A DNA stretch of 16,902 bases from Candidatus Fraserbacteria bacterium (GTDB lineage Bacteria; Bipolaricaulota; Bipolaricaulia; RBG-16-55-9; DRXL01), in the NCBI GenBank assembly GCA_947085185.1, contig CAMTVK010000008.1, positions 1 through 16,902 of the forward strand, in the 5' to 3' direction. This document shows positions 15,266 to 16,902 of the stretch, piece by piece. Numbering within the stretch: position 1 is the first letter of the stretch; every line of letters begins with the position of its first letter. The notes under the pieces were generated by a model. That model was not told the origin of the DNA. It worked only from the letters and a program-made list of their open reading frames with translations, and searched no databases. Position numbers and translations under genes: made by a program.

Positions 15266-15730
15266 TCACTCCCTTTTCCCAACCCACTTCACATAGGGTA
15301 ATTGACCCCGGATAGCGTTCCTCAGCCGCTCATCAGCCGTCCACAGCTCGCAGCTCAAAAGCTTGGCCAGAGCCAAGTAGCTCGTGTCGTAGGCGGTGGG
15401 GCGGTTGAAGCGCCTTGCCAATTCCCAAGCCATCTGCTCTAAGCCCTCGGGGTGCCGCAGTCCAATGCCTTGGGCTTGGAGGGCTGCCAAGGCGGCCTCC
15501 CCCTCCTGCGGCGTCAACTCCCCGCGGAAGACCTTGTGGCGGAGCACCGAGGTCGCTTCATAAGCCAAAAGGTAAGGGGCGAGGATCTCAACTCCCTCCT
15601 TGACCCACTTCTCCCACAGCTGGCGCACCCGATCGCTGTACTGCTCGGGCAGGACTAACTTGAGGGCGAAGCTGGCATCCACGGCCACCGCGGCCGGGGC
15701 CTCTTCAGCGCTTGGCGAGTTCACGGGCAC
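15266..15730 (-). CDS. vapC: VapC-family PIN-domain toxin
   Basis: PIN acidic motifs VAVDAS, AYEATSVL, TAYDTSYLALA, LWTADERL. Overlaps the antitoxin 3' end. True start may be GTG 15724. Confidence 0.9.
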   Translation of the reverse strand: MPVNSPSAEEAPAAVAVDASFALKLVLPEQYSDRVRQLWEKWVKEGVEILAPYLLAYEATSVLRHKVFRGELTPQEGEAALAALQAQGIGLRHPEGLEQMAWELARRFNRPTAYDTSYLALAKLLSCELWTADERLRNAIRGQLPYVKWVGKRE

Positions 15731-16037
15731 GTTCCTCTCGCAGCCGATGCAGCTGCTTGGTGGAGTCGATTAAGCGGCGGCCCTGCAGGGCCACTCTCAC
15801 CCGATCCGCCTCAGCCAAAGCGAGGAGTCGTTGACTCCTCGTAGGTATCTCCATGGCCACTCTTTCCAATTGGTGCAGATCTTGCAAGCTTACCAAGGCC
15901 GCCTTGGGTTTGCCCCGTGACTCTAACAAGACCCGCTCGCCGCCGAAGGCCACGCGGTTGACCAAGGCAGAGAGGCCATTCTTCGCTCGAGCGATGCCGA
16001 TCCGAATCATCTTCTGGGTTCTAGACTTTATGGCCAT
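15705..16037 (-). CDS. Phd/YefM-family antitoxin (~110 aa)
   Basis: IGIARAKNGLSALVNRVAFGGERVLLESRGKPKAALVS is a typical Phd/YefM N-terminal DNA-binding domain, directly upstream of vapC. Start set at ATG 16037 because a promoter lies immediately upstream. Confidence 0.88.
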   Translation of the reverse strand: MAIKSRTQKMIRIGIARAKNGLSALVNRVAFGGERVLLESRGKPKAALVSLQDLHQLERVAMEIPTRSQRLLALAEADRVRVALQGRRLIDSTKQLHRLREERARELAKR

Positions 16038-16044
16038 TAGAGCA

Positions 16045-16073
16045 ATTATAGCCTTAAAGAGGCCGATCGTCAA
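16045..16073 (-). promoter_or_regulatory. Sigma70-type promoter of the TA operon
   Basis: TTGACG (16073..16068), 17-bp spacer, TATAAT (16050..16045). Confidence 0.8.
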
Positions 16074-16192
16074 GAGCCATTGGTCCCTGCGCCAAGAGAT
16101 CGTTACCAGGGGGAGGTGTGGCAATGGCTCAAGAAAGCGGGCATCCTCTCAGGGGCACGATTTTGGAAGAACGCCCAGAAAGGATGCGCGCT

Positions 16193-16902
16193 ATGGACGT
16201 ATCGTACCAAGAAGTCTACACCATGAACAAGAGCGAAGCAAGACGCCAACTCGTGCAGACCTCCCTGAAGACGGGCTCCATTGCCCGCACCGCCCGGCTC
16301 TGGCAGACCAGCCGTCAGGTGGTACGCACCTGGGTGCGCCGCTGGCAAGCCCAGGGCCAGGCCGGGCTGGCCGACCGCAGCCGCCGCCCTCACACCGTGC
16401 CACGGCAGACCAAACCCGCTCTGGAGCAGAAGGTGGTGCAGCTGCGAAAGCAGACCGGCTATGGCCGAGCTCGGCTCAGCCGTGAGCTATGGCACCGCGA
16501 ACGCCTGCTGCTGTCCCCCCGGAACGTTTATGTGCGACCGCTTTCTCAGAAAAATGCTGCACATAAACGTTCCGCCAACACCATCCGTCACATCCTGCGC
16601 CGTCACGGGCTCATCCGGCCCCGCAAGCGGCGCCAGCTCTGCTACCCCGCCCACTGGGCCTGGGAGACCCAGCAGCCTTTTGCTCTGGCGCAAGTGGATG
16701 TCAAAGACATCCGCGACGAAGCGACCCTGGGCCCACGCTTAGTTCATCATCTGCAGCAGGTTCATCTGCCCCGCTACCAGTGGACCTTCTTGGAGGGGCG
16801 CACCCGCCTGCGGTTTCTCGCCTTCAGCCATCAGAACAATTTGACCAACGCTTTATGTTTCGCCGGGCTAGTGCTCTTCTGGCTGCGAGGTTATGGGATC
16901 AA
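16193..16902 (+). CDS. IS481-family transposase, N-terminal part (runs off the window and joins position 142 through the terminal repeat)
   Basis: Hand translation MDVSYQEVYTMNKSEARRQLVQ...SIARTARLWQTSRQVVRTWVRRWQAQGQAGLADRSRRPH (HTH)...TIRHILRRHG...QVDVKD (first D). AGAAAGGA RBS upstream. Missing from the ORF track because it has no stop in the window. Confidence 0.9.
   Translation, partial: MDVSYQEVYTMNKSEARRQLVQTSLKTGSIARTARLWQTSRQVVRTWVRRWQAQGQAGLADRSRRPHTVPRQTKPALEQKVVQLRKQTGYGRARLSRELWHRERLLLSPRNVYVRPLSQKNAAHKRSANTIRHILRRHGLIRPRKRRQLCYPAHWAWETQQPFALAQVDVKDIRDEATLGPRLVHHLQQVHLPRYQWTFLEGRTRLRFLAFSHQNNLTNALCFAGLVLFWLRGYGI
16520..16574. repeat. 55-bp palindromic, MITE-like insert with perfect 16-bp inverted arms
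   Basis: CGGAACGTTTATGTGC-N23-GCACATAAACGTTCCG; more AT-rich than the surrounding transposase sequence. Confidence 0.8.
16762..16902. repeat. Terminal direct repeat, copy 2 (identical to 1..141)
   Basis: Exact 141-bp match to the start of the window. Confidence 0.97.

Larger units (their letters stand above)
16083..16902 (+). mobile_element. IS481-family insertion sequence, 5' part (left IR degenerate at its tip)
   Basis: 16088..16111 matches the right IR at 21 of 24 positions, followed by the transposase ORF. The expected terminal TGTAA is replaced by GTCCC. Confidence 0.8.

Noticed and set aside
15853..16742. Plus-strand ORFs 15853..16485 and 16281..16742
   Set aside because: Alternative frames over the antitoxin and the real transposase frame starting at 16193.

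Overview
A high-GC bacterial defence island. A minus-strand, largely ATGA-coupled operon encodes a GmrSD-like DUF262/DUF1524 nuclease, a SNF2 helicase (DrmD-like), a large N6-adenine methyltransferase (DrmMI/Eco57I-like) and a ~1,690-aa YprA/DEAH helicase carrying DUF1998 and a C-terminal DUF559/Vsr-like nuclease. The last three form a compact DISARM-related system lacking separate drmA/drmB/drmC genes. The gmrSD-like gene lies between two collinear fragments of a decayed type I hsdM. A Phd/YefM-VapC toxin-antitoxin pair with a near-consensus sigma70 promoter lies upstream. The first and last 141 bp of the window are identical and fall inside one IS481-family transposase, so the sequence closes into a 16,761-bp loop: either a real IS-derived circle or a collapsed IS-flanked composite element. 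That transposase has an in-frame ~55-bp palindromic insertion, has no stop codon at its right end, and reads through into a collapsed XPB/DUF790(Bax1)-like remnant. All family assignments come from motifs recognised by eye; no database search was run.
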